Of a DNA stretch of 39,099 bases, positions 1-7,780 are shown in pieces; position 1 is the first letter of the stretch; every line of letters starts with the position of its first letter. The position numbers were made by a program, and so were the translations under genes. The DNA comes from Mycobacteriales bacterium (GTDB taxonomy: Bacteria; Actinomycetota; Actinomycetes; Mycobacteriales; CADCTP01): contig DATINN010000160.1 in assembly GCA_035474175.1 (NCBI GenBank), positions 1 through 39,099 of the forward strand, read 5' to 3'. A model generated the notes under the pieces. That model was not told the DNA's origin. It was given only the letters and a program-made list of their open reading frames with translations, and did no database searches.

Positions 1-1230
1 GACGCCGGCGGAGCAGCCGTGGATGTCGGTGCGCAGGATGGTGGGTCTGGTGTCGCCGATGTTCAGCACGCAGGCGATGTCCTGTGGTGAACCGGCGGGG
101 GTCTGCAGCTCCGAGTCCTCGATCCGCAGGTTCGCCGCGCCGGGGCGCACGATGACGACCCAGTCGCCGCCGCCGGTGACCCTGGTGTTCTTGATCGTGA
201 CGTTGGAGGCGGTCACGTTGATCTCGCCGGTGATGTCGAGGCCGTCGATGACCTGACCGGTCTTGTCCGCCGTCACCGAGCGGGAGGCCTTCAGGCCGAC
301 CCCGTCCGGGATGCCGGTGTTGGAGGCGTCGGGGTAGCCGCAGGCGGACGGGGAGGCGGCGCAGTTGGTCTTGCCGTTCCCGCCGGGAGGGGTGGGGGCG
401 GGCGCCGGCGCGGTGGGAGTCGGGGCGGGCGCGGGCGTGGTGGTCGTGGGGGCCGGCGCCGGCTTCGTCGTGGTGGGGGCGGGGGCCGGCTTCGTCGCGG
501 TCGGCTTCGGCGCCACCGTCGTGGTCGGGGCCGGGACCGGGGCGCCGGCCGACGGCCGGAAGGCCACGTCGACGTAGTACGCCGAGCCGTTCCAGGTCGA
601 GGTCGGGAACCGGGCCGCGCGACCGTACGCGTACACGCCGGCGGTCGCGGTCAGCGGCCCGGCGGTCCTGGTCCGGCCGGCGCCGAAGACGCCGGTGTCG
701 TCGGCGTACCGGCCCTGGGGTGCGTGGTAGGAGACGACGTAGTCGGCGTTGGCGGTGACCCGGACCGGGGTGGCCAGCCGGGCGACCTGCCAGCCGCTGG
801 CCGTCTCGGCCGTGAAGCGCACGCCGGCCAGCTTCCGGCCGGAGCGGTCCCAGAGCGTGCCGGTGTGGACGCCGGTGTTGGCCTTGTCCTTGTAGAACAT
901 GATCGCCGAGACGGCCCCGGGCACGCTGGTGCGGAACCGGGTGCCGAGCTCGACCGAGTCGGTGTCGGGGTCGGCCGTGGTCCGCGGGACCGCGGTCGTG
1001 CCCCACAGCGATGCCTCGCCGGCCGGCAGCAGCGAGCCGGGCGCGTCGGTGCCGGCGGTGCGGGCGCTGGCGTACGTGACCCCGGCCGTGAGGGCGGCGG
1101 CCACGGCCAGCCCGGTGCCCAGCGCCATCCGGCGGCCGAGCGACCGGGGCCTGGATCCGGCCGGCGCGGGGGCGGAATGGCGCGGCCCGGAGGCGTGCTC
1201 GGCCGGGCGGCGGCGACGGTAAGTGTTCAT
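1..1230 (-). CDS. Secreted DUF4082-domain protein with a Pro/Thr linker and a right-handed beta-helix-like C-terminal region; partial, the 3' end runs off the window
   Basis: Absent from the ORF track because there is no stop inside the window. I read the minus strand in the frame whose codons end at position 1 and found no stop from 1230 down to 1. ATG 1230-1228 is the only start codon after the upstream in-frame stop. Translation: MNTYRRRRPAEH...RRMALGTGLAVAAALTAGVTYASA (signal-like), then SVELGTRFRTSVPGAVSAIMFYKDKANTGVHTGTLWDRSGRKLAGVRFTAETASGWQVARLATPVRVTANADYVVSYHAPQGRYA (DUF4082 signature), a PT linker with TKPAPAPTT repeats (27-nt DNA period, ccggcttcgtcg at 459 and 486), then ITGEINVTASNVTIKNTRVTGGGDWVVIVRPGAANLRIEDSEL (parallel beta-helix-like). 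Confidence 0.8.
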   Translation of the reverse strand, partial: MNTYRRRRPAEHASGPRHSAPAPAGSRPRSLGRRMALGTGLAVAAALTAGVTYASARTAGTDAPGSLLPAGEASLWGTTAVPRTTADPDTDSVELGTRFRTSVPGAVSAIMFYKDKANTGVHTGTLWDRSGRKLAGVRFTAETASGWQVARLATPVRVTANADYVVSYHAPQGRYADDTGVFGAGRTRTAGPLTATAGVYAYGRAARFPTSTWNGSAYYVDVAFRPSAGAPVPAPTTTVAPKPTATKPAPAPTTTKPAPAPTTTTPAPAPTPTAPAPAPTPPGGNGKTNCAASPSACGYPDASNTGIPDGVGLKASRSVTADKTGQVIDGLDITGEINVTASNVTIKNTRVTGGGDWVVIVRPGAANLRIEDSELQTPAGSPQDIACVLNIGDTRPTILRTDIHGCSAGV

Positions 1231-1419
1231 CGGCCGACGACCATAGACGAACGCGGTGCTGGTGCAAGGTCCGCTTTGCCCGGTCTGGGCGTCCCGAAGG
1301 GCTTTGCCGGTGGTTCTCGGCGTCAGATGTGTCGCGGTGTCCGGAAAACAGTTTCTCCGTCACGGCGTGTCGCCGAGTGTGGCCCTCCCCGTGTCGTCAC
1401 GGTACGAAGTCGGACTGCG

Positions 1420-3021
1420 TCACGCGGGTGAGGACGCGAGGTGCCGCATCGGGTGCACGACGGCGAGGTACGCCACCATCACGGCCGTCCCGCCGACGGC
1501 CAGCTCGGCGAACCGGCCGGGTACGAACGCCAGCACCGCGGCCGCGACGAGGCCGCCCAGGACCAGGCCCAGGGCCGGCCGGGCGCACCGGGCCACGATC
1601 TGCCCGGCCGGCACCCCCACCCGCCGCAGCATCACCAGGTATGTCGGGATGATCACCAGCACGGCGATCCCGGCGTGCCCGATCGCCACCCCGCGGATGC
1701 CGTCCAGCTGCGACCCCACCGGCAGCGCGACCGCGAGCGAGCCGAACCACAGCCCCTGGATGGCCAGGTTGATCCGGGACCGGCCCAGCGCGACGAAGTA
1801 GTCGTACGCGAGCTCGGAGAAGACCCGGACCACGGCCAGCGCGGCCAGGAACGGCAGGGCCTGCGCGGCCGGCAGCCACTTGTCGCCGTAGACGAAGCCG
1901 ACCAGCTGCACCGCGAACGCGCTGAGCAGGAACGACGCCGGCAGCGCGGCGGCCAGCAGCAGCGCGCTGGCCCGCACGAACCCGTCGCCGGCCCGCCGCG
2001 GGTCCTCCTGCAACCGGGAGAAGGCGGCCAGCGACACCCGCCGGACCGGGGCCGAGAACAGGTTCACCGGCCAGGCCGAGAGGTTGAAGGCCAGCAGGTA
2101 GAAGCCGAGCTGGACCGGGCCGAGCCAGTGGCCGACGACGATGTAGTCGAGGTTGAGCATGGCGAAGAACAGGACGCTGGCCGCGGCCAGCGGCAGGCCG
2201 AAGGCGAGCAGCTCGCGGGCGACGTCGCGGCGGAAGCCGGGCCAGTGCCGGGCCGGCGCCCACAGCAGGATCAGCACGCCGTTGGCGATGTTGCCGAGGA
2301 TCGCGCCCCAGGCCAGGCTCCACGCGCCCGCGCCGCTCACGGCCAGGCCGATCGACACCCCGGAGACCACGGCGAAGCCGACCGAGTCGACGATCAGCCG
2401 GCGCCCCTGCATGAACTCGCGCACCATCAGCGCGGCCGGCACGGCGGTGGCGGCGTCGATGAGCACGCCCGCGGCGAGCAGGCGGAGCACGCCGATGGCG
2501 TCCGGGGCGTTGAGGGCGGCGCAGATGGCGGGGGCGGCGAGGAAGCAGCCGGCGTAGAGCAGGGCGCTGAAGCCGAGGGACAGGGACACCACGGTCGGGG
2601 CGATCCGGTCGACCTTGCCGGGCCAGCGCACGATCGCCAGCGAGACGCCGAGCTCGTTGACGCTGAGCAGCGCGTTGAAGACGACCAGGGCGACGGCGTA
2701 GACGCCGTAGTCCTCCGGCACCAGGATCCGGGCCAGGATGATCGCGGTCAGCGAGGAGCCGACCCGGCCCACGATGTTGTTGAGGAAGCTCCAGCCCAGC
2801 GCCCGCTTGGTCCGCTTCCCCAGGTTCTGCTGACCGTCGTCCTCGGGCAGCGGGCCGCCGGCCGGTTCCGCCGCGGGTGACTCCAGCACGGCCGGTGGGG
2901 CGGCCGAGGGCCGGTTCCGCACGTCGGCGCGGTGCCGGCCACCCGACGGCGCGCCCGGGGACCGCACGGGCCGGTACGCCGTGGCGCCGCTCCCGCGCGG
3001 CAGCGCGTGCTGAGCCGTCAT
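1420..3021 (-). CDS. wzx: Wzx-type polysaccharide/oligosaccharide-lipid flippase (MOP superfamily), copy 1
   Basis: Track ORF is 1420..3270. I trimmed the start to ATG 3021-3019, which overlaps the wecB stop as ATGA (3018-3021); the longer ORF would overlap wecB by about 250 nt. MTAQHALPRG..., then KRTKRALGWSFLNNIVGRVGSSLTAIILARILVPEDYGVYAVALVVFNALL followed by many hydrophobic helices. This is the typical Polysacc_synt / lipopolysaccharide biosynthesis flippase pattern. Confidence 0.85.
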   Translation of the reverse strand: MTAQHALPRGSGATAYRPVRSPGAPSGGRHRADVRNRPSAAPPAVLESPAAEPAGGPLPEDDGQQNLGKRTKRALGWSFLNNIVGRVGSSLTAIILARILVPEDYGVYAVALVVFNALLSVNELGVSLAIVRWPGKVDRIAPTVVSLSLGFSALLYAGCFLAAPAICAALNAPDAIGVLRLLAAGVLIDAATAVPAALMVREFMQGRRLIVDSVGFAVVSGVSIGLAVSGAGAWSLAWGAILGNIANGVLILLWAPARHWPGFRRDVARELLAFGLPLAAASVLFFAMLNLDYIVVGHWLGPVQLGFYLLAFNLSAWPVNLFSAPVRRVSLAAFSRLQEDPRRAGDGFVRASALLLAAALPASFLLSAFAVQLVGFVYGDKWLPAAQALPFLAALAVVRVFSELAYDYFVALGRSRINLAIQGLWFGSLAVALPVGSQLDGIRGVAIGHAGIAVLVIIPTYLVMLRRVGVPAGQIVARCARPALGLVLGGLVAAAVLAFVPGRFAELAVGGTAVMVAYLAVVHPMRHLASSPA

Positions 3022-4139
3022 CGTGCGGCGACCACCGGCTCGAGGTCGGTCGGGCGGAGCCGGTCCGCCGCGGTCCCTCCGGACACGATCACCTCGGCGA
3101 TCCGCGTCCCGGCCTGCCCGTCCCACAGCGCCGGCCGCCGTGGCGCCGGCGGCGCCGCCAGCACGTCGAGCGCCGCGGCCGCGATCCGGGCCGGGTCGCG
3201 ACCGACGAGCCGGTTGGTCCCCTCGGTCACGGTGATCGGGCGCTCGGTGTTGTCCCGCAGCGTCAGGCACGGCACCCCGAGCACCGTGGTCTCCTCCTGG
3301 ATGCCGCCGGAGTCGGTCAGCACCAGCCGGGCCGAGGCCTCCAGCGCGACGAAGTCCAGGTAGCCGGCCGGCGGCACCAGCCGCACGCCGGACGGCAGGC
3401 CGAGCCGCTCCAGCAGCGGCCGGGCCCGCGGGTGCGCGGGCAGGACCAGCGGCAGCTCGCGGGCCGGCACGGCCAGCCCGGCCAGGATCCCGCCCAGCAC
3501 GGCCGGGTCGTCCACGTTGGCCGGCCGGTGCAGCGTGACCAGGCCGTACCCGCCGGCCTCCAGCCCGAGCCGGGACAGCACGTCGGACGTCAGCGCCCGG
3601 TCCAGGTTGGCCAGCAGCGTGTCCACCATGACGTTGCCGACGAGGTGGACCTGGTCGGGCCGGTAGCCCTCGGCGCGCAGGTTCGCCACGGCGTCCTCGG
3701 ACGGGGCCAGCAGGTAGTCGCTGATCCGGTCGGTGACGACCCGGTTGACCTCCTCCGGCATCGACCAGTCGCGGCTGCGCAGCCCGGCTTCGACGTGCGC
3801 GACCAGGCCGCCGGCCTTGGCCGCGACCAGCGCGCAGGCCACGGTCGAGTTGACGTCGCCGACGACCACGACCACGTCCGGCCGCTCGACGGCGACCAGC
3901 GCCTCGAACGCGGCCATCACCGCGCCGGTCTGCGCCGCGTGGCTGCCCGAGCCGACCTCCAGGTGCCGGTCCGGCGGGCGGATCCCGAGGTCGGTGAAGA
4001 ACACGTCGCTCATCGCCGCGTCGTAGTGCTGCCCGGTGTGCACCAGCACCAGCTCGACGCCGCGCTGCTCCAGCGCGTCCATCACCGGCTTGATCTTCAT
4101 GAAGTTGGGCCGGGCGCCGGCCACGCAGACCGCGCGCAT
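3018..4139 (-). CDS. wecB: UDP-N-acetylglucosamine 2-epimerase (non-hydrolysing)
   Basis: Start ATG 4139-4137: MRAVCVAGARPNFMKIKPVMDALEQRGVELVLVHTGQHYD... and C-terminal LVLTDSGGIQEETTVLGVPCLTLRDNTERP. These are hallmark Epimerase_2 motifs (ARPNFxK, HTGQHYD, DSGGxQEE). The start shares 1 nt with the wecC stop (TGATG, 4137-4141). The 795-aa track ORF is an upstream read-through artefact. Confidence 0.95.
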   Translation of the reverse strand: MRAVCVAGARPNFMKIKPVMDALEQRGVELVLVHTGQHYDAAMSDVFFTDLGIRPPDRHLEVGSGSHAAQTGAVMAAFEALVAVERPDVVVVVGDVNSTVACALVAAKAGGLVAHVEAGLRSRDWSMPEEVNRVVTDRISDYLLAPSEDAVANLRAEGYRPDQVHLVGNVMVDTLLANLDRALTSDVLSRLGLEAGGYGLVTLHRPANVDDPAVLGGILAGLAVPARELPLVLPAHPRARPLLERLGLPSGVRLVPPAGYLDFVALEASARLVLTDSGGIQEETTVLGVPCLTLRDNTERPITVTEGTNRLVGRDPARIAAAALDVLAAPPAPRRPALWDGQAGTRIAEVIVSGGTAADRLRPTDLEPVVAAR

Positions 4140-5395
4140 CACAGGTGCTCGACGTTCGCGCCGGACATCCGGTGCCGGGTGTCGAGCACCAGCGTCCCGG
4201 CCGCGGCCACCATGTCCAGGTCGAACGTGTCGTGGTCGGTCAGCAGCACGACCGCGTCCGCGGCCGCGACCTCCTGCGGGGTCAGCTCGACCCGGGTCAT
4301 CCGCTCGTCCAGCCCGTGCCCCTCGACCACGAACGGGTCGGCCCCGCGCACCTGGGCGCCCATGTCGGCCAGCAGCGTCACGACCCGCGCGGCCGGGGAC
4401 TCCCGGGCGTCGCCGGTGTTCTTCTTGTACGCCAGCCCCAGCACCAGCACCCGGCTGCCGCGCATGGCCTTGGACCGGTCGTTGAGGCTCAGCACCAGCC
4501 GCTGCACGACGTAGTCGGGCATGTGGTTGTTGATGTCGTTGGCCAGCTCGACGAACCGGAAGCTCTGCCCCAGCGCCCGCTCCACCCGCCAGGACAGGTA
4601 CGACGGGTCGATCGGCAGGCAGTGCCCGCCGACCCCCGGGCCGGGCGTGAACCGCATGAACCCGAACGGCTTGGTCGAGGCGGCGTCGATCGCCTCCCAG
4701 ACGTCGATGCCGAGCCCGTGCGCGAACACCGCGATCTCGTTGACCAGCGCGATGTTCACGTGCCGGAACGTGTTCTCCAGCAGCTTGGCCAGCTCGGCCG
4801 CCTTGCACGAGGACACCGGCACGGTCCGCTCGACCACCGTGGAGTAGAAGGCCTCGACCGCCTTGAGCGACATCTCGTCGATGCCGGAGACGACCTTGGG
4901 CGTGTTCTCCACCGTCCAGGTCTCGTTGCCGGGGTCGATCCGCTCGGGGGAGTAGCCGAGGTGGAAGTCCTCCCCGGCGGTCATGCCCGAGCCCTCCTCC
5001 AGGATCCGGGCGACCACGTCCTCGGTCGTGCCCGGGTACGTCGTGGACTCCAGCACCACCGTCGCCCCCGGCCGCAGGAAGCGGGCCAGGGTCCGGGCCG
5101 AGGACTCGATGTAGGACAGGTCCGGCACGCCCTCGCGCAGCGGCGTCGGCACCGTGATCACCGCGACGTCGAAGCCGCCCAGCGACTTCGCCTCCGTCGA
5201 GGCCCGGTACGACCCGCTCGCCAGCACCTCGGCCAGCAGCTCCGACGGGACATCGTCCACATAGGACCGTCCCGCCTGCAGCCGGCCGATCCGGTCGGTG
5301 TCGACGTCGTAGCCGACGACCTGGTGGCCGGCCCGGGCGGCCCGGACGGCCAGCGGCAGGCCGACGTAGCCCTGGCCGCAGATCACGACGCGCAT
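4139..5395 (-). CDS. wecC: UDP-N-acetyl-D-mannosamine (UDP-HexNAc) 6-dehydrogenase, UDP-glucose/GDP-mannose dehydrogenase family
   Basis: ATG 5395-5393: MRVVICGQGYVGLPLA (Rossmann GxGxxG), ...PGPGVGGHCLPIDPSYL (the catalytic Cys context GGHC is typical of the WecC/Cap5O/WbpA subgroup rather than Ugd). It is adjacent and coupled to wecB, and shares 1 nt (TGATG, 5393-5397) with the upstream stop. Confidence 0.88.
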   Translation of the reverse strand: MRVVICGQGYVGLPLAVRAARAGHQVVGYDVDTDRIGRLQAGRSYVDDVPSELLAEVLASGSYRASTEAKSLGGFDVAVITVPTPLREGVPDLSYIESSARTLARFLRPGATVVLESTTYPGTTEDVVARILEEGSGMTAGEDFHLGYSPERIDPGNETWTVENTPKVVSGIDEMSLKAVEAFYSTVVERTVPVSSCKAAELAKLLENTFRHVNIALVNEIAVFAHGLGIDVWEAIDAASTKPFGFMRFTPGPGVGGHCLPIDPSYLSWRVERALGQSFRFVELANDINNHMPDYVVQRLVLSLNDRSKAMRGSRVLVLGLAYKKNTGDARESPAARVVTLLADMGAQVRGADPFVVEGHGLDERMTRVELTPQEVAAADAVVLLTDHDTFDLDMVAAAGTLVLDTRHRMSGANVEHL

Positions 5396-6381
5396 CAGAC
5401 CGCACCTCCGGCCCGCACGGCCGGCACGGGCACCGGCACCGGGGTCGGGCGCCGCCGCTCGGCCAGGGTCAGCCGGACGAACCGGCTGTTGGTCTTCAGG
5501 TAGCGCGGCCCGAGCCGGAACGGCTCCTGCAGCACCCGGTAGAGCCACTCCATCCCGATCACCTGCCACAGCCGCGGCGCCCGCCGGACCACGCCGGCCA
5601 GCACGTCGAAGGAGCCGCCCACGCCGTGCGTCACCCGGGCCCCGGTGGCCTGGCCGTACCGGGCGCAGAACGTCTCCTTCTTCGGCGACGTCATGCCCAG
5701 GAAGAGCAGCTCCGCGCCGGTCGCCCGGATGGCGGCGGCGACCGCCGGTGCCTCGTCGTCGCCGAAGTAGCCGTCCCGGGAGCCGGCGATGCGCAGCAGC
5801 GGGTGCCGGCGCCGGACCTCGGCGACGGTCCGGGCCAGCACGTCGGGCTTGGCGCCGAGCAGGTAGACCGAGCGGCCGTCCCGCTCGGCCGCGGCCAGCA
5901 GCGCGGTGAACAGGTCGATGCCGGCCACCCGGCACGGCAGCGGCTGGCCCAGGAACCGGCTGGCCCAGACCACGGACTGGCCGTCGGCGAGCAGCAGGTC
6001 GGCGCTGGAGACCGCGTCGGACAGCGCCCGGTTGGTCCGCATCAGCACGAGCTTGGCCGCGTTGAGCACGCCGACCTCGATGGCCGGGCCGTACGCGACC
6101 GCGTGCATGCAGCGCTGCACCGCCTCGTCCAGGTCGAGCGCGTCCATCGGCAGGCCGAACAGCGGCCGCCGCTCGATGCCGGGCGGCGCGACCGCGGCCG
6201 GCACCAGGCTCAGGGCCGCGGCCGGCACGGTGCGGACCGGCGCCGGCCCGACCTCCACCGGCAGGCCGCGGGAGGCGACCTCGGGTCCCACGCTCGGGAC
6301 GGGCACCGCCTTCAGCGCGGTCCCCGCCGTCGCGGGTTCGGGCAGTTCCTCGATCCGGCTGACCCCGTTCATCCCCGTCAT
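5395..6381 (-). CDS. tagA: WecG/TagA/CpsF-family (GT26) glycosyltransferase, probable ManNAc(A) transferase
   Basis: ATG 6381-6379 overlaps the stop of the upstream ORF (ATGA 6378-6381); an alternative ATG lies at 6372. After an approximately 75-aa Pro/Ala-rich N-terminal extension: LNAAKLVLMRTNRALSDAVSSADLLLADGQSVVWASRFLG...VYLLGAKPDVL...GSRDGYF...LLFLGMTSPKKETF...HGVGGSFDVLAGVVRRAP.LWQVIGMEWLYRVLQEPFR. This is the canonical GT26 pattern. Confidence 0.88.
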   Translation of the reverse strand: MTGMNGVSRIEELPEPATAGTALKAVPVPSVGPEVASRGLPVEVGPAPVRTVPAAALSLVPAAVAPPGIERRPLFGLPMDALDLDEAVQRCMHAVAYGPAIEVGVLNAAKLVLMRTNRALSDAVSSADLLLADGQSVVWASRFLGQPLPCRVAGIDLFTALLAAAERDGRSVYLLGAKPDVLARTVAEVRRRHPLLRIAGSRDGYFGDDEAPAVAAAIRATGAELLFLGMTSPKKETFCARYGQATGARVTHGVGGSFDVLAGVVRRAPRLWQVIGMEWLYRVLQEPFRLGPRYLKTNSRFVRLTLAERRRPTPVPVPVPAVRAGGAV

Positions 6382-7601
6382 CCCCTCGTCCCGTCGATAC
6401 CGCCGGTGGGGGCGGTCGGCCGCCCGCCCGTGGTCAGGCCGCCCAGCCAGCAGTCGAGCAGCCAGCCGAACTCGTACGGCCGGCACTCCCGGTCCAGCGC
6501 GACCGCCGGCCAGACCAGGTCCAGCGCACCCAGCCGCAACCCGGGCCGCAGCCCCGTGGTCGCCGCGCGGATGCCGCGCACGAGCTTGCGCGGGTCGCGC
6601 CGCGCCACCTTCCGTACGGTCAGGCCCTGCTTGTCGAGGATCAGCGGCTCGTCCGTCTCCGGCGCCGCCACCATCCAGGACAGGCCGCGCCCGATCGCGT
6701 CCAGGTCGACCTGCCCGCCCGCGTCGGCCAGGTCGAGCAGCGCCATCGGCGCCATCGCGTGCTGGTGCACGCTGTAGACGGGGTAGCCCTCGACCACCTC
6801 GCCGGTGCGGGCGTCGTAGTGCCACCACCACTGGCCGGCCGGGCCCTGCAGCGCGCAGATCCGCTCGGCCGCCCGCTCGGCCGCGGCCAGCGCCTCGGCG
6901 TCCGGGGCGGAGGCGTGCAGCCGGGCCAGGGCCTGGATCGGGTAGACCTGGTCGGCGAAGCAGCCGACGTGGTCGCGGTAGCGGGGCACCAGGCCCGGAC
7001 CGGTGACGTGGCCGAACAGCTGCCGGGTGCCGGTCAGCGAGCGGAGCAGGCGGGACCGGGCCCGGTCCAGCTGCCGCTCCACGTCGGCCACCGGCCGGGC
7101 CGCCACCAGGGCGGACACCACCCAGGCGAGGTCGACCACGAAGCGGGAGCCGCCCAGCGCGTCCAGCGTCTCCAGCCGGTCCAGCGCCCGGTCCAGGCCG
7201 TCGTGCCCGCAGGCGGCCGCGGCCCAGACGGCCAGCGCGGCGTCCCCGACCGAGTCGGTGCTGGGCAGCCGGCCGACGAGCACGTCGCAGACCTCGGCCA
7301 CGGTCCGCCCGGCCAGCAGCTCGCGCTGCCCGTCCGGGTCCAGGTGCCGCACCCCGAGCAACGTGATCGCGGTGTAGCGCAGGCTCCAGCCCTCCGGCCC
7401 GGCCACCACCCCGGCCGGCGAGAACCGCCGGGTGAAGCAGGCCGTCCCCTCGGCCATCTGCATTCCGGGCAGCCCGGTGCGGGCCACCCCCAGCAGCCGG
7501 TCGACCAGGGCGGCCGACCCCTCGTCGATCCCCCGAAGCCGGTCGATGCGTGGCGCCGCCTGTTTCAAGGCAGGCTCGCGCACAACACCCTGCTCGCCCA
7601 T
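6378..7601 (-). CDS. Hypothetical protein, first gene of the ManNAcA operon; possibly an (alpha/alpha)-toroid fold
   Basis: ATG 7601-7599 is preceded by GGGGGGGAAC. Codon usage is GC3-rich and the stop is coupled to tagA (ATGA). There is no signal peptide or TM segment. Helix-hairpin-like periodicity and a QW-like segment, ALQGPAGQWWWHYDARTGEVVEGYPVYSVHQHAMAPMALLDL, suggest a six-hairpin/terpenoid-cyclase-like or C5-epimerase-C-like barrel. This fold call is weak. Confidence 0.7.
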   Translation of the reverse strand: MGEQGVVREPALKQAAPRIDRLRGIDEGSAALVDRLLGVARTGLPGMQMAEGTACFTRRFSPAGVVAGPEGWSLRYTAITLLGVRHLDPDGQRELLAGRTVAEVCDVLVGRLPSTDSVGDAALAVWAAAACGHDGLDRALDRLETLDALGGSRFVVDLAWVVSALVAARPVADVERQLDRARSRLLRSLTGTRQLFGHVTGPGLVPRYRDHVGCFADQVYPIQALARLHASAPDAEALAAAERAAERICALQGPAGQWWWHYDARTGEVVEGYPVYSVHQHAMAPMALLDLADAGGQVDLDAIGRGLSWMVAAPETDEPLILDKQGLTVRKVARRDPRKLVRGIRAATTGLRPGLRLGALDLVWPAVALDRECRPYEFGWLLDCWLGGLTTGGRPTAPTGGIDGTRG

Positions 7602-7780
7602 GTTCCCCCCCGCACAGCGTCAACGCTGGCGTGAATCCCCCATCGACCCCACCCGAGGACCGAGCCGCAGATTCCCCGCGACGGCACCCAAGCTAGCCAC
7701 CTCGGGCAGGCTGCGTAGGGAGTTCGAAACAAATCCTACTGACGCGGTCGTGAACAGATCATCGCCGTGGGCCAAGTGGT

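Noticed and set aside
380-560. Short-period DNA repeats (also at about 16690-16860 and 31700-32010) that could be mistaken for a CRISPR or satellite array.
   Set aside because: They lie inside ORFs and encode Pro/Thr/Ala linkers or the Tyr/Gly-rich Wzc tail. The periods are 9-33 nt and there is no spacer-repeat organisation.
3018-7623. Very long track ORFs suggesting 600-840-aa proteins: 3018-5405, 4139-5935, 5395-7623, 17771-20074, 18676-20622, 28062-30575, 27169-28410, 10902-13325 and 1420-3270.
   Set aside because: The N-terminal portions overlap the upstream gene in another frame and translate to Arg/Ala/Gly/Pro junk. Recognisable domains begin at internal ATG/GTG codons that coincide with stop-start overlaps or RBS-like G-runs, so I trimmed them.
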